DNA of 64,000 nucleotides, taken from assembly GCF_009914755.1 (NCBI RefSeq), contig NC_060942.1; one strand, given 5' to 3'. This DNA is from the human T2T-CHM13v2.0 reference genome, Homo sapiens. Positions 51,860-64,000 of the stretch are shown here, one piece after another. The notes beneath the pieces were generated by a model. That model saw nothing but the letters and a program-made list of their open reading frames with translations. It made no database searches and was not told where the DNA came from. Position numbers and translations under genes: made by a program. Each line of letters opens with the position of its first letter. Position 1 is the first letter of the stretch.

Positions 51860-52625
51860 GGTTTTTCAAAGATGCCTCAAACCCAACATGACTCATATCA
51901 AATTCATGTTCATCCCACATTCACTCCTTCTCCATGGTTCTCTGCATCAGCAAATACTACCACCCTTCATCCATGAGTTTGCTCAGGCCAGAAATCCAAA
52001 TATCTATGGATTCCATCCACTTCTCTATATCACCTATTCTCTCTTTCTCTCTCTCTCTCTGTGTGTGTCACACACACACACACACAAACACACACACGCT
52101 GCTTAAAAGCCATTCAAAAGCTTTTCCGATAAAGACCAAAATTTTTAACACAGCCTGGCCTCTGGCCTGACTCTCCAACTTCATTTATTACCATTCTCCT
52201 CACCCCTGATGCTAGCCAATCAGTTGTGGCTTATTTTAGCTCTTTGAAACCACCATGCCACAGGGCCTTTGCACATTCTTACCTTATTCTTAGACACTCT
52301 CCCATTTTCTTGCCCTAATTAACTCCTATGCTTCCTGCAGATTTCAGCTTCCAGCTTCAGCTTCCAGTCATTACATTTTCAGGGAACTGTTTTCTGACCT
52401 CCTTGACAAGCCAGTTCCCTCTGTTATCCCTCTTGTGACCACCACCTCTCCTCCATAACCCCTACCCTGCTGGTAGTTTACATTTGTAAAAGTCTTGGAT
52501 CAAAGTGTATCTCCCTCACTAAAGAAAACATTCCACCAGATTTGCTAACTATCATATTCACCACATAGCACACAGTGCCTTCCACATAGCAAGAAATGTA
52601 TAAATATTTGTTGAATATGTGAATA
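51860..52625 (+). mobile_element. L2 3' end with internal (TC)n/(CA)n
   Basis: ccacagggcctttgcacatt and tagcacacagtgccttccacatag..ataaatatttgttgaat. Confidence 0.8.
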
Positions 52626-53425
52626 TGGATACCAAAGGCAAATTTGAGGCCAACTATAAAACAAACAAACAAAAGGCAGAAAAAACACTCTTAGGTTCAT
52701 TTTAATTTTTGAACCCCTTTTGTGCCAAGACTAGCTTTTGGCCTAATGGAATATTTTTATGCTAAAATGTCTGAAATGCTGTCTGATGCCTCTGAGCACA
52801 CTTAGGCAAACATTTCTGGTACAAAGAGAGATTATCAGGCAATCTGCCTTCCCTAGCACCAAATACTGTTTTCCTTGGGCACGTCCCAGCAGCTGCTGAT
52901 AAATCTGCAGACAGTCCTTCTCAATGATCTTTGTCTCCCAGCTTTATCAAGGCAGCTTCTAGGAACAATGCTCCTACTCAGCTATCAGGCTGGTCCTACA
53001 TAGGGGTCCATTTTGGAGACTCTCCTTAAAGTTATCTGACTGCACTGCGCTTTCCTCATCTGTGAAATCCATAACTAGCAACAAGGCAGGAACCAGGCTC
53101 TGCCCACCAAGGCCCATGGGGGTGGCTCTGCAGGTGAGGGGATGATTCTTCCATCTCCTGTGTGGTGGAGCCCCCAAAGGGAGCCCAGGCCTTCTCTCTG
53201 CGTTCTACTCCAAAGGGCAGTTCTCAGATATAGCAACTGTGAGTGATATATTTTTATTTTCCCGGAAAAATACTGAGCTTCTGTTCAAATGAGATTTAAG
53301 CCAACATGAAAGATGGAATGTGCTATTTTTTTTCTTTCCTAAGGTCCTCGATGTCACATCCAGCAAAAGCAGGTTGCCCATATTGTGGTAATTATTGTCT
53401 AAGCTCTTATTTTGAACAAAAGGAA

Positions 53426-53427
<2 letters not shown>

Positions 53428-53470
<43 letters not shown>

Positions 53471-53471
53471 C

Positions 53472-53503
<32 letters not shown>

Positions 53504-53522
53504 CAAGAGAGAGAGAGAGAGA
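53428..53522. repeat. (GT)n(GA)n compound microsatellite
   Basis: Seen directly. Confidence 0.95.
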
Positions 53523-54404
53523 TTGACCTGGGGAAGGAGAGGCAAGGAGGGAGAAAGAAAGGAAATAGAAAGAAGAGAGAGACAGCAGAGACAGAAAGAG
53601 GAATGATGAAGGGAAAGAAAAAGGAGTTCATTCCAGGGAATTTTTTTTATTAAATTCCAACACGAGGAAGCTCTGTGTACATGGGCTCCCCGTTTTCTCC
53701 TTCTGAAGCCTGAAGGCAAACCAGGATGCTGTGTCAATTACAGAAAAAAATCAATGAAGATACTGTTCAGGAGTCCTTTTCACCATTCAGTGCGGATGGT
53801 ATCCTTCACTTTCTAGCACTGATTCATTTACTTTCAGCCTCTCTGGGGGCTGCTGACATATTGCTATCTCTGAAGAATCTGAAGCAAAATCACCTTTGTT
53901 TCCTACTGCAACTTGTTCCTCCGTGCAGTTCGTTAGAGGGGCCACCACATGACCTCCCTCGGCTCGTAGGACTGAAGGGCAAGACCTTGCTGGGCTCGCC
54001 ATGGGCTTTGGTGCCTCCCTCCATCAACCTGCCATCTCCCCCCCTGAGGCACCCAGGGCCCAGTCAGGCCTCCTGACTGTAGGCTGAGAGCCTCATAAAT
54101 TTTCAAACACTGTTTCCTCTACTGTGTCTATTCTGACTCTAAAACAAATTCCTGCTCCAGTACTAGTACCCTCCTAGCTCAATAGCATTGTAGAAGACAT
54201 CTTCTAAAGAAATAAAACCTATTCCAAAGCAATGGCATTGATGAAGGAAGCCCAGGCATTAAGACACAGAACATCCCTGGAGCAGGCACTGGAAGTGAGG
54301 TATGGAGCCATCTGCACAACTGGATTTCCACTACGACAGTGCCATTCATTTGAGTTAAGTAATGCCCTTCTCTTTTGGCCCCATTTTAGATTTTGAACAT
54401 TTCT

Positions 54405-54708
54405 TTTTTTTTTTTTTTTTTTTTTTTTGAGACGGAGTCTCGCTGTCGCCCAGGCTGGAGTGCAGTGGCGCAATCTCGGCTCACTGCAGGCTCCGCCTCC
54501 TGGGGTTCACGCCATTCTCCTGCCTCAGCCTCCCGAGTAGCTGGGACTACAGGCGCCCGCCACCTCGCCCGGCTAATTTTTTGTATTTTTAGTAGAGACG
54601 GGGTTTCACCGTGTTAGCCAGGATGGTCTCGATCTCCTGACCTCGTGATCCGCCCGCCTCGGCCTCCCAAAGTGCTGGGATTACAGGCGTGAGCCACCGC
54701 GCCTGGCC
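54405..54708 (-). mobile_element. Young AluY (Ye5-like)
   Basis: CpGs intact; sense-strand ggcgaggtggcgggcgcc, ggcggagcctgcag and the gacagcgagac 2-bp deletion. Confidence 0.85.
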
Positions 54709-55014
<306 letters not shown>

Positions 55015-55053
55015 GATTTTGAACATTTCTAGAGAGGTTAAGACTTCAGTCCT

Positions 55054-55576
55054 TGTACTAGTTTCTTATTGCTGCTGTCACAAATTATCACAGTCTTACA
55101 GCTTAAAACAACAAAAACTTATTCTCTCTCAAGTTCTAGAGTTCAGAAGTCCAAAATGGGTCAGCAGGACTGCATTCTTTCTGGAGGTTCTAGGAAAGGA
55201 TTCATTTCCTTGCTTTTTCTAGCTTCTAGAGGCCACCTGCATTCCTTGACTCATGGTCTTCTCTCTCCATTTTGAAGGCCAGCACATAGCATCTTCCAAC
55301 ATAGTGCTCTCTCTCTTGCTCTCTCTCTCTCTCTGTCATCACATCACCTTTTCTGGCTTTGCTTCCTTTGTCACATCTCCTTCTCTACCTTTACCTTCTT
55401 ATGAGGATCATGTGATTACATCAGGCCCACCCAGATAATCCAGGATAATTTTCCCAACTCAAAATCCTTCAATAAATCATACCTGTGAAGTCCCTTCTAC
55501 CTATAAGGTAGTGTGTTCACAAGTTCTAGGAATTAAGACATGGACATTCGGGAAAGGCATTATTCTGTCTGCTACA
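55054..55576 (-). mobile_element. MaLR solo LTR (MLT1C/D-like)
   Basis: tgtactagtttcttattgctgctgtcacaaattatcac start, ggcccacccagataatccaggataat, and cattattctgtctgctaca end. Confidence 0.85.
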
Positions 55577-55987
55577 CTCCCTGACTTTTTAGTATAAGCA
55601 AATAAGGCCACCCAATTTCTTCCCAGTTGGTGACAGAGATCAGTGGAGAGACACAGGAGTCAGGTAAGAGGGGAATGGTGTGCACTAAAAAGGGGGCAAA
55701 GAGTACAGAGTTGAGAGGTAGAGGTGGTATAGCATTGATTTCATTGATTTTTTTTTCCTGACTTTATGAGTCATGTAGAAGGACTGTCAGCTAAAATGGT
55801 GCTGTAAATTTATGGTGTGCATTCTCTCCACCCCACCTCTATTCAAACACAACGATGACAGAAAAAGTGAAATCTAATTTAAAAAATTTAAAAGACACAA
55901 AACATCCCCACGGACCAGGAACAGAAAAAAACAGAAACATGGTTAAAGCACCAGGCTTGCTGGGCCTTGAGTTCGAAAGGATGTACT

Positions 55988-56427
55988 CGTTACTGAGCAA
56001 CCAATGAGCTGACAGCTGCCTGACGTGAAGCCAATACCATGGCATCAGCTTTTGAGCAAAGAAAAGCTTTATTGCAAGTCAACTGGCAGCGGACAGGAGG
56101 AAATGCTCAAATCTGTCTCCCTGAGCTGGGAGCTGGGACTGGTATTACAAGCATAGCATAATGAGATGTGATCTGATTGGATCTTATAATGAGATGATAC
56201 CAGGGCTCCATATGATTGGATCCTGAATCCTGTCATTCAGTGTCTCCTTCTTAATTCAGTTCTTGCGCCTCCATCTTAGCACTTAGGTTCTGCCCATGGT
56301 TTCATACATGGTTCATCTGGGCATGTTCCAATTACATGAGCTTCAACGTGGAGGTCTGTGGCAACTGCAAAACAATTCACAGCTTTGTCACATAAAAGTT
56401 TAACTAGATTGGTCTGGTGTGGCTACA
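55988..56427 (-). mobile_element. ERV1-class solo LTR (MER4-group, family uncertain)
   Basis: aaaagctttattgcaag (antisense poly(A) signal), gctcaaatctgtctccctga, ctgattgg boxes; approximate 4-bp TSD tact / tatt. Confidence 0.65.
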
Positions 56428-56779
56428 TATTCAGTCAACTAAGAGGGTGGTTCCTGTGGAGATAAAGGGGCCCAAAGTTCCACGAGGTGAGGCTGACCCT
56501 GAAACCAGAGATGGGTTGGGGGTTCCCTGCTTGTGAAAGGGATACGAAAAAGCTTTCTAGCTACCCCGGCCAGGGGCTGATGCTGAGTTGAAGCTGTGCA
56601 CACCTAGGGAGGCAGAGAGAAGCAGGCTTCACAACCAAGACCTAGGCCAAGCCACCCACTGGCTCGATGAACACTTTTGAGATATTGGCAATATTATCGT
56701 GCGCTGGGATTCTCAAGCCAACAATTATTTAGTTCTGATAGGGTGTTCCAAAGGTCCAAACTGCTAGACAGAACGATCA

Positions 56780-57640
56780 TTCTGGTTATTACTGTTGCAT
56801 AGCAAATCACCCAACAATTCTGTAGGGTAAAACAAGTCATTTTACTTTGCTAATGTATTCTGTAGCTTAGGAATGCAGACAGGGCATAGCAAGGATGTCT
56901 AGAGCCTCTGTTGGAGGTGACTCAATGGCTGGAGTCACCACCTGGAGGCACATTTGCTCACATATCTGGAGGTTCATGCTAATTCAAGACGTTAGCTGAG
57001 CTGTTGGTTGCCCTCTACATGTGTTCTCTCCATGAGGGCTATTTTGGCCTTCCTGATAGCGTGGTGGCTGTGTTCCAAAAGTGAGAGTGAGCATCCCAAG
57101 AGAGCAACGTGGAAGTGTACGGCATTTCTTTTCTTTTTTCTTTTTTTTTTTTTTTTTTTTTTGAGGCAGAGTCTCGCTCTGTCGCCCAGGCTGGAGTGCA
57201 GTGGCACAATCTCGGCTCACCGCAACTTCTGCCTCCTGGGTTTCAGGTGATTCTCCTGCCTCAGCCTCCTGAGTAGCTTGCATTACAGGCACCTGTCACC
57301 ACGCCCAGCTAATTTTTGTGCTTTTAGTAGAGATGGGGTTTCACCATGTTGGTCAGGCTGGTCTTGAACCCCTGACCTCAAGTGATCCATCAGCCTCCGC
57401 CTCCCAAAGTGCTGGGATTATAGGCGTGAGCCACCGCGCCCAGCCAGTGCATGGCATTTCTATGGTCTTGACTCAGAAGTCACAGTGTCACCTCATCATA
57501 ATCTATTGATTGAGGCAGTCACAAAGGTTGGTTTAGGATCAATGCGAGTGGACATAGACCCCATCACTTGTGAGGACCATTAGTCAGATTCCAACACAAG
57601 CATGTAAGATGGGAAGTATTTTTTGCCTAATAACTTGCTG
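56780..57640 (-). mobile_element. MaLR LTR (MLT1G/H-like) interrupted by an Alu
   Basis: ggttattactgttgcatagcaaatcaccc, ttctctccatgagggct..ggccttcctgatagc and cagaagtcacagtgtcac. Confidence 0.7.
57130..57445 (-). mobile_element. AluS (Sx/Sz-like)
   Basis: Full dimer; 16-bp TSD agtg(tac/cat)ggcatttct at 57114-57129 and 57446-57461. Confidence 0.92.
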
Positions 57641-59188
57641 AGAAGTTTTGAGATATCAGAAATATTATTGTGGGTTGGAATCCCCAAGCCAACACTCCAA
57701 CACTTAGTTCTGATTGAGATACCCCAGGAGGCAAGTAGAGATACCTACTAAAGTATTAGATAGAGTTAGCCATAGAGGATGGGAGGGAAAACTTCCGCCT
57801 CACTCAAAATGAGTCTGCAAACTAATAGTCCAAAATCCGAAATGTAAATAATCTAAGAAAGCTAACCAGAAAAATCAACAACTGAGAGATGAAATCACTT
57901 CACAAAAAAATTAAAATAATTGAGCAATAAGAAAATGATTTTTTATTAAATACTTCTGTGATAATATCCTGAAACAATGAAAGAAATAGCATCTTTAAAA
58001 GTAATGAGATTATCAAATTAGAAAGCAGAATTAATCAAAATAGGTGATTATAAAAGGTAACTGTAGAAATCTTGAAAAATAAACCACAATGGATGAGATA
58101 GCTCTAAACTTGATATGGTGAAAAAGATAATTAGAAAATTTAAATATAGGACAAAATAATTTGCTCATAATATACAACAGAGAAAAGGATGAAGACATTT
58201 AAAAATGGTTAAGGGGACAGTTTCAGTTGTGGTAATAGTATTGTAGCTTGTTTCAGACTCTCTCACACATAACAATTATAAACTCTGTAAAAAATATTAA
58301 AACAAACACTTGAAGACACTGAAGAACAACCAAAAGCAGGCAAAATCTGAAAGAGATATGTCCCTTGAAAGGCGGAAGCCATGTTGGATGACATATAGCC
58401 ATTTTCAGTTGAGAGCAGACTCCAGTCCATACAGTGAAGAGTCACCAGATCTCAAGCAGAAAGCTGCAGTCTTATTGACTTCAGGTGTCAGAGGATAGAG
58501 TTCCAGGGCAGCTGGGAATTAGAGAAGCAAATCCTGGAAAGGAGGGAGCCATGGCATGAGGTGCCAAAAATCTGCATACAAACTCCCCTTAAATTATTGG
58601 CTCACCCCTAAAATGCATATTCACAATAAGGATTCTAAAAAGACAAGCAAAAATCAAGTTGAAATGGTAAAATAACTAAGCAGAGATATCGGATGCCCAC
58701 CCCAAGAGAGTGAGAGCTATCAAGTTGGGAAGTCTTGCTAAACACCTTGAGCTTTATACAGACACTCCCTCTTACTAAAGGCAAAACCATGCCTCCACAT
58801 GTTCAAAGTGATGAGTCAGTGATTTAACTCCATGTTAGAATTCTTCAGAGGAGGGTCACAGAATTCAGAGTCACCACAACATATCATCGCAGTGTCCAAC
58901 ATGCTATCAAAAATCATTAAGCATGTGAAGACACAGGAAATGTGACTAATAGTAAAAAAAAAAAAAAATGTCAATAGAACAGACTCTCCCTCCAACCCCC
59001 AGCCCCAATGATTCAGGAAATTTGATTAAACAAATTTTGATATTTTTCTACAGTAAAGGTCTACTCAGCAAAAGGAAAAAAATGGACTACTAATACATGC
59101 AACAACATGGTTGAATCTCAAAAACACTTTAAGTGAAATAGACCAAACACAAAGATATATGCTGCATGATTCCATTTATACAAAGTTT

Positions 59189-59292
59189 TTTTTTTAATTT
59201 TATCATTATTATACTTTAAGTTTTAGGGTACATGTGCACAACGTGCAGGTTTGTTACATATGTATACCTGTGCCATGTTGGTGTGCTGCACC
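59189..59292 (-). mobile_element. ~100-bp L1PA 3' tip with a perfect 17-bp TSD
   Basis: ttatactttaagttttagggtacatgtgcacaacgtgcagg; TSD ccatttatacaaagttt at 59172-59188 and 59293-59309. Confidence 0.95.
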
Positions 59293-59446
59293 CCATTTAT
59301 ACAAAGTTTGAGAACAGGAAAAAACAACTACCCTGTGATGAAAAAAATCAGAACAGTTTTCCATGAGAAATGAGAATTGACTAAAAGGAAGCATAAGAAA
59401 ATGTTATTGAAGATGGAAATGTTCTTAATTTTGATTGGGATTGTGG

Positions 59447-59538
59447 TTTCACAGGTACGAATTTTACCTCACAGTACGAATTTTCACAGTGTACGAATTT
59501 TACCTCAATTTCACAGTGTACGAATTTTACCTCAATTT
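59447..59538. repeat. Irregular tandem repeat of gtacgaatttt-containing units
   Basis: gtacgaatttt at 59455, 59474, 59491 and 59518. Confidence 0.9.
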
Positions 59539-62110
59539 AAAAAGTAAAAGAATAGTTGGGAAACAGAGGATAGATTGAAAAATTTGAAAACACATGTAAT
59601 CAGAATTCTAGAAGAACTGAAGAACTGATGGCAAGACAACATTCAAAGAGGAAATGGCTAAGAATTGTTGAGAGATGTTGACTCCTCAGACTGAAAGTGT
59701 ACACCAAGTGCCAAGCACAATAAACAAAGATAAATCCCACTTAGACATAGCATCGTGAAACTGCAGAACATTAAAGATAACATCATAAAAGCTATGAGAA
59801 ACAGGGAGAAAGAAAAGATTTTCTACAAAGACATGCTCATTAAACTGACCTCAATCTTTTCATCAGCAGCATGGATGCCAGAATACAAGTGAACAATATC
59901 TTCAAAGTGTTGTAGGAAAATGTAATAAAAGCCATATACCTTGCTAAGTACCATATACCTTCTAGAGTCAGGGCAAAATAAAGACTTGTTAAATATAAAA
60001 AACTAATAGTTTTTTTAACCACTCACATGCTTCCTGAATAAACTACTAAAGGACATTTTCCAACAAAAAGAAAAGCCAAATTAGAGGCAAGGTGTGGGGC
60101 TAACCAGAAAACTCAGAAATAGCAGAACATATTGGCAGCCACCACTAGCTAGTAACTACAGTCAGTCAAAGACAATTTTAGTATTTTAAGAGGTAATTAA
60201 TGTAAAAGTAACATAATGAATGTTCATTGTAGAAAATTTAAAAAGTACAGAAAATTATAAAGTATAAAAACCACCCAAAGTCCAGCACTCAGAGATCACA
60301 TTGCTGTTTCCACTAGCCATGTACCCATAACTGAGAACCTGTACCAGTGTATGTTCTTTTCAAGAAGATATTTAATGATATGCATTATTACATTAGATGA
60401 TTCTTCCACAATGGATATAAACAATCTGCCTTTCGATTTGTCCCTGTATTTACTATTTTCCATAATGTTGCTATAAAAATCTTTGTGCATACATTTTTGT
60501 ATGCGTTACTTTGCTAGATCCCTAGCAAAGGCAGTTCTGTAAATTCTGTCCATTGTAGAAAGACCTGGCCTTATTGGAGCAGATGGAGCATTCAGTTCCT
60601 CTCAAATGAAAGGCATCTGGGGAGTATAAACAACCCTGTACTGAGAAGCCAAGATGGGATTTTGAATCTATCCTTTCGCTGACCAGGCCAATCAATTGCT
60701 TCTCTGGGCTCCAGGATCCTCATATGTAACAACGAAGTTGGGTAGAGCGTTTGGCAGGTCCCTTCCTGCTGTAACCTTCTACACCACACAGGCAGATATC
60801 CTGTTCAAACCGCCAATAATAAGGCCTGATCATGTCCAAAAGAGCCCCCCTTTCCCCAGAAAAAAGTCTGGCTCTACAACAATGGAAAACTTCTCCCTAG
60901 TCCCAGCTCCCAGGGCAAGTGACACTATGAGGCAAGAGCTGCTTGCAGAGAGAGGGGAAGCTGAAACCGCACCCCTGGGTGGGATCAGATTTCCCCAGTA
61001 AAGACTGACCTCAACACCCAGAATGTGCTCCTGGCCCAGGGTGCTGTGCTGGAGGCCAAGTCGGCTTCTCTGACATGCTTGCCGGGGCTAGAGTTGGCCT
61101 GTCTCCTCGGCCTGTGGCCCTTCAGGCTGAACAGACCCACAGCAATGTTCTGGTGCAGCGCTTCCCACAAGCAGAAGATAGAAGACAAATCCCTGAGGTC
61201 TGAAAATCATGCATAAAAAGACCTACAGCAAAAGAGAAAAATCTGTTTTTCACTTTAAAATGCATGTGCTTTTTCTACCTTATTCCATAAAGTTTCTGTA
61301 TTTATTTGAGTGTAGAAAACGTTTCCCCCACTCTTCAAGTAAAATTGATATCCCCCAGAAGATGAACCACATTCACTGTGTGGCTTAAAATAACCCCAGC
61401 ACACACAACATCCCCGACCAGTGGAAAGCGCAAGTAGCTGGGTTAGAGAAGCAGGACTCTCCTCTGCCCCGCACCTTCTGTGCTTGCTGTCAGTAGCCTG
61501 GCTGTCCTCAACCTCAGCACTGTTTCCAGTCCTCAGCCTGGGAGCTACTCAATTTGTCTCTCCTGTTTTTTTCAGTGGTCGCATTTTGAAGATGCTAGAT
61601 GTATTATTCCGAAAACCAGCTGTCCCTAAATGAGCTATGCCTCCAAGTAACTCCATAGTTGGTGATAGGATGTTTCCTGGTATAGGTGTATTCCACATAA
61701 GTGAAAAAAAATAGATTATCATCATCTTGCAACCCTCTAATGAATTAAAAGATCTGGGTCATGATCATCAATGGCAGCTCACACCAAAAGGGAGACAACA
61801 AGACACCCTGGGACTTCTGACGCAGCACCGCCTATAAAGTACGCCAGGCTAACAACAAAAAACAAGCCTGAATCTGAAGAAGTTTCACAATCCAACTACC
61901 AGTGTGCAGGAAATACAGAGGAATCTGTTAAATGACATCAGTGCAATCAGTGAGATCCACAGCAAAACATCCAATTTCCTCAATAGTAAATTGTAAAGGG
62001 GTGAAAAAGAGAAAGAGGGAAATCTATGAACTAAAAAGAGATATCAAGCACATGCAATCTATGAGTCTTACATGTTCTGATACAAACAAACTCACTATTT
62101 AAAAATCACT

Positions 62111-62575
<465 letters not shown>

Positions 62576-62919
62576 TGTTTTTCATTTTTTAAACGATTTA
62601 TTTTTCTAACTACATGCTAGTATGTAAAAAAAAGTTTATGAAACTACTAGGAAAATTTGAACACTGACTAGATATTTGATGATAGTAATGAATTACTAGG
62701 GCTGTATTTTATGTGTCTTTATCTTTTAGAGATATATATAAAGGTATTTATGGATTAAATGATATGATGGCTGTGATCTGCTGCAGATTAATCCGATGCT
62801 GGTGGAGGGGGTGGTATAAGTTATATAAGAGTGGCCAGGAATTGGTGACTGTTGTAGCTGATGATGGATACAGGGGTTTATTGTATATTTGAAATGTTCC
62901 CTAGTACAAAGTTTTTAAA

Positions 62920-63380
62920 AGAAGACTCTGGCCTTGTATAGCTTACATTTGTCTGTGAGAAAATAAATAAAATATTTAGAATATCAGCTAGTGATAAGTG
63001 TTAAGAAGAAAACATAAGTCAGGAATATAGGAGGAGGTGCAGGCTGGAAATATAAGTTTGGAAATTTTCAGCATGTATAAATGCTTAAAGTCCTGAGCTT
63101 TGAATGAGCCATGGTTACGTTCATCTAGGGAATGAGTATAAATAGAAAATAGACTGAATTCTGAACTCTGGGGTCCTCAGACCTCTGGCTGAGAGGTTGG
63201 AGAAATGAGGACAATTCAAAAAATAATTCTGAAAAGTCAGTGAGGGAGCAGGAAAGCCCGTAGTAGCAGGAAGTCCCTAAATCCAGAGACAAACCCATTT
63301 CAAAGAGGGAGTGATCACAAATGTCCATTTATGCTCACAGCCTAGTAAATTCAGTACTGAAGATGGGCCATTAGATTTAG
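62920..63380 (-). mobile_element. L2 fragments
   Basis: ggctggaaatataagtttggaaattttcagcatgta and ccattagatttagca. Confidence 0.6.
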
Positions 63381-63921
63381 CATCTAAATATCTGACCTCA
63401 TGCTCCTCCCGGCTTCTGATCTCCAGCTGGAGTCTTGCATGATTGAATCCAGTCTAGAGCCAGAGGGCAAGGAAGCCCACAGAGGCAGTCCAGAATGGAG
63501 AGGGCCTATGGGAGAGCACCCAGAAGACAGCTGTCACAGGAATCTTGCCTCCTTCAATCCCCATCCTTTTGGAGCACAGAGTTCAGAAATGTAGGGACTG
63601 TGTTTCATTAGAGCCAGAGTAAAGCTATCATCACCATCTTCATCTTCTTCATTCTCATCATCATTCTTGTTTACCCAAAAGGAATCTTAATCATTCAAGG
63701 TGCCTTGTTTCACTGTGGCAGAGCCAGGATAACATCCCAAGCCTTTGGACTCCTGGTTCAGTACATTGCACCATCTTCCCCAACATCTCCCCAGTCACCC
63801 TGCTCCTGTGACCACATGGATGATTTACCTTTATTCATCAGTTAACCCATTCTCATGGCTGGAAGTTTACAATAAGGACCCCTGCACAGAAATCCCCCAA
63901 GTCTGCACACTCTGTAGCTGT

Positions 63922-63956
63922 TTGTTCTTTCTTTTTTTTTTCTTTTTTTTTTTCTT

Positions 63957-63987
<31 letters not shown>

Positions 63988-64000
63988 GACAGAGTCTCAC
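63922..64000 (-). mobile_element. Alu 3' end and long T-rich tail, cut by the window edge
   Basis: Poly(T) followed by gacagagtctcac. Confidence 0.85.

Larger units (their letters stand above)
57780..60070 (+). mobile_element. Fragmented old L1M/L1ME pieces (5'/ORF1-like parts and a 3' end at about 59010-59550)
   Basis: A-rich; atacatgcaacaacatggttgaatctcaaaaac; ORF1-like ccacttagacatagcatcgtgaaactgcagaac and gatgccagaatacaagtgaacaatatcttcaaag. Confidence 0.65.

Overview
Human-type genomic DNA: it carries an AluYb8-type element, a subfamily that is essentially human-specific. It looks intergenic or deeply intronic. I found no credible protein-coding exon, CpG island, tRNA or rRNA, and I cannot name the locus. 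The listed ORFs are either chance ORFs or translations of Alu, L1, LTR or simple-repeat sequence. Roughly half the window is interspersed repeat (Alu, L1PA/L1M, L2, MIR, MaLR/ERV LTRs, hAT and Tc-Mariner DNA transposons), often nested. Repeat subfamily names come from recalled consensus features, not from a search. The most notable structures are: (1) a full-length U6 snRNA fused to an L1 3' end with a target-site duplication (TSD; 10374-11578), sharing its TTTTAA cut site with a head-to-head AluJ; (2) a patchwork of inverted and direct templated copies inside an old L1MC (19920-20220), with a smaller similar one at 59447-59538; (3) an AluYb8+AluYe-type tandem enclosed by a single TSD (54389-55030); (4) L1 insertions with unusual junctions or possible 3' transductions; (5) a Charlie3/MER1-type element that keeps a hAT dimerisation-domain remnant. 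I see no evidence of a new biological system. These are unusual instances of known retrotransposition and repair processes.
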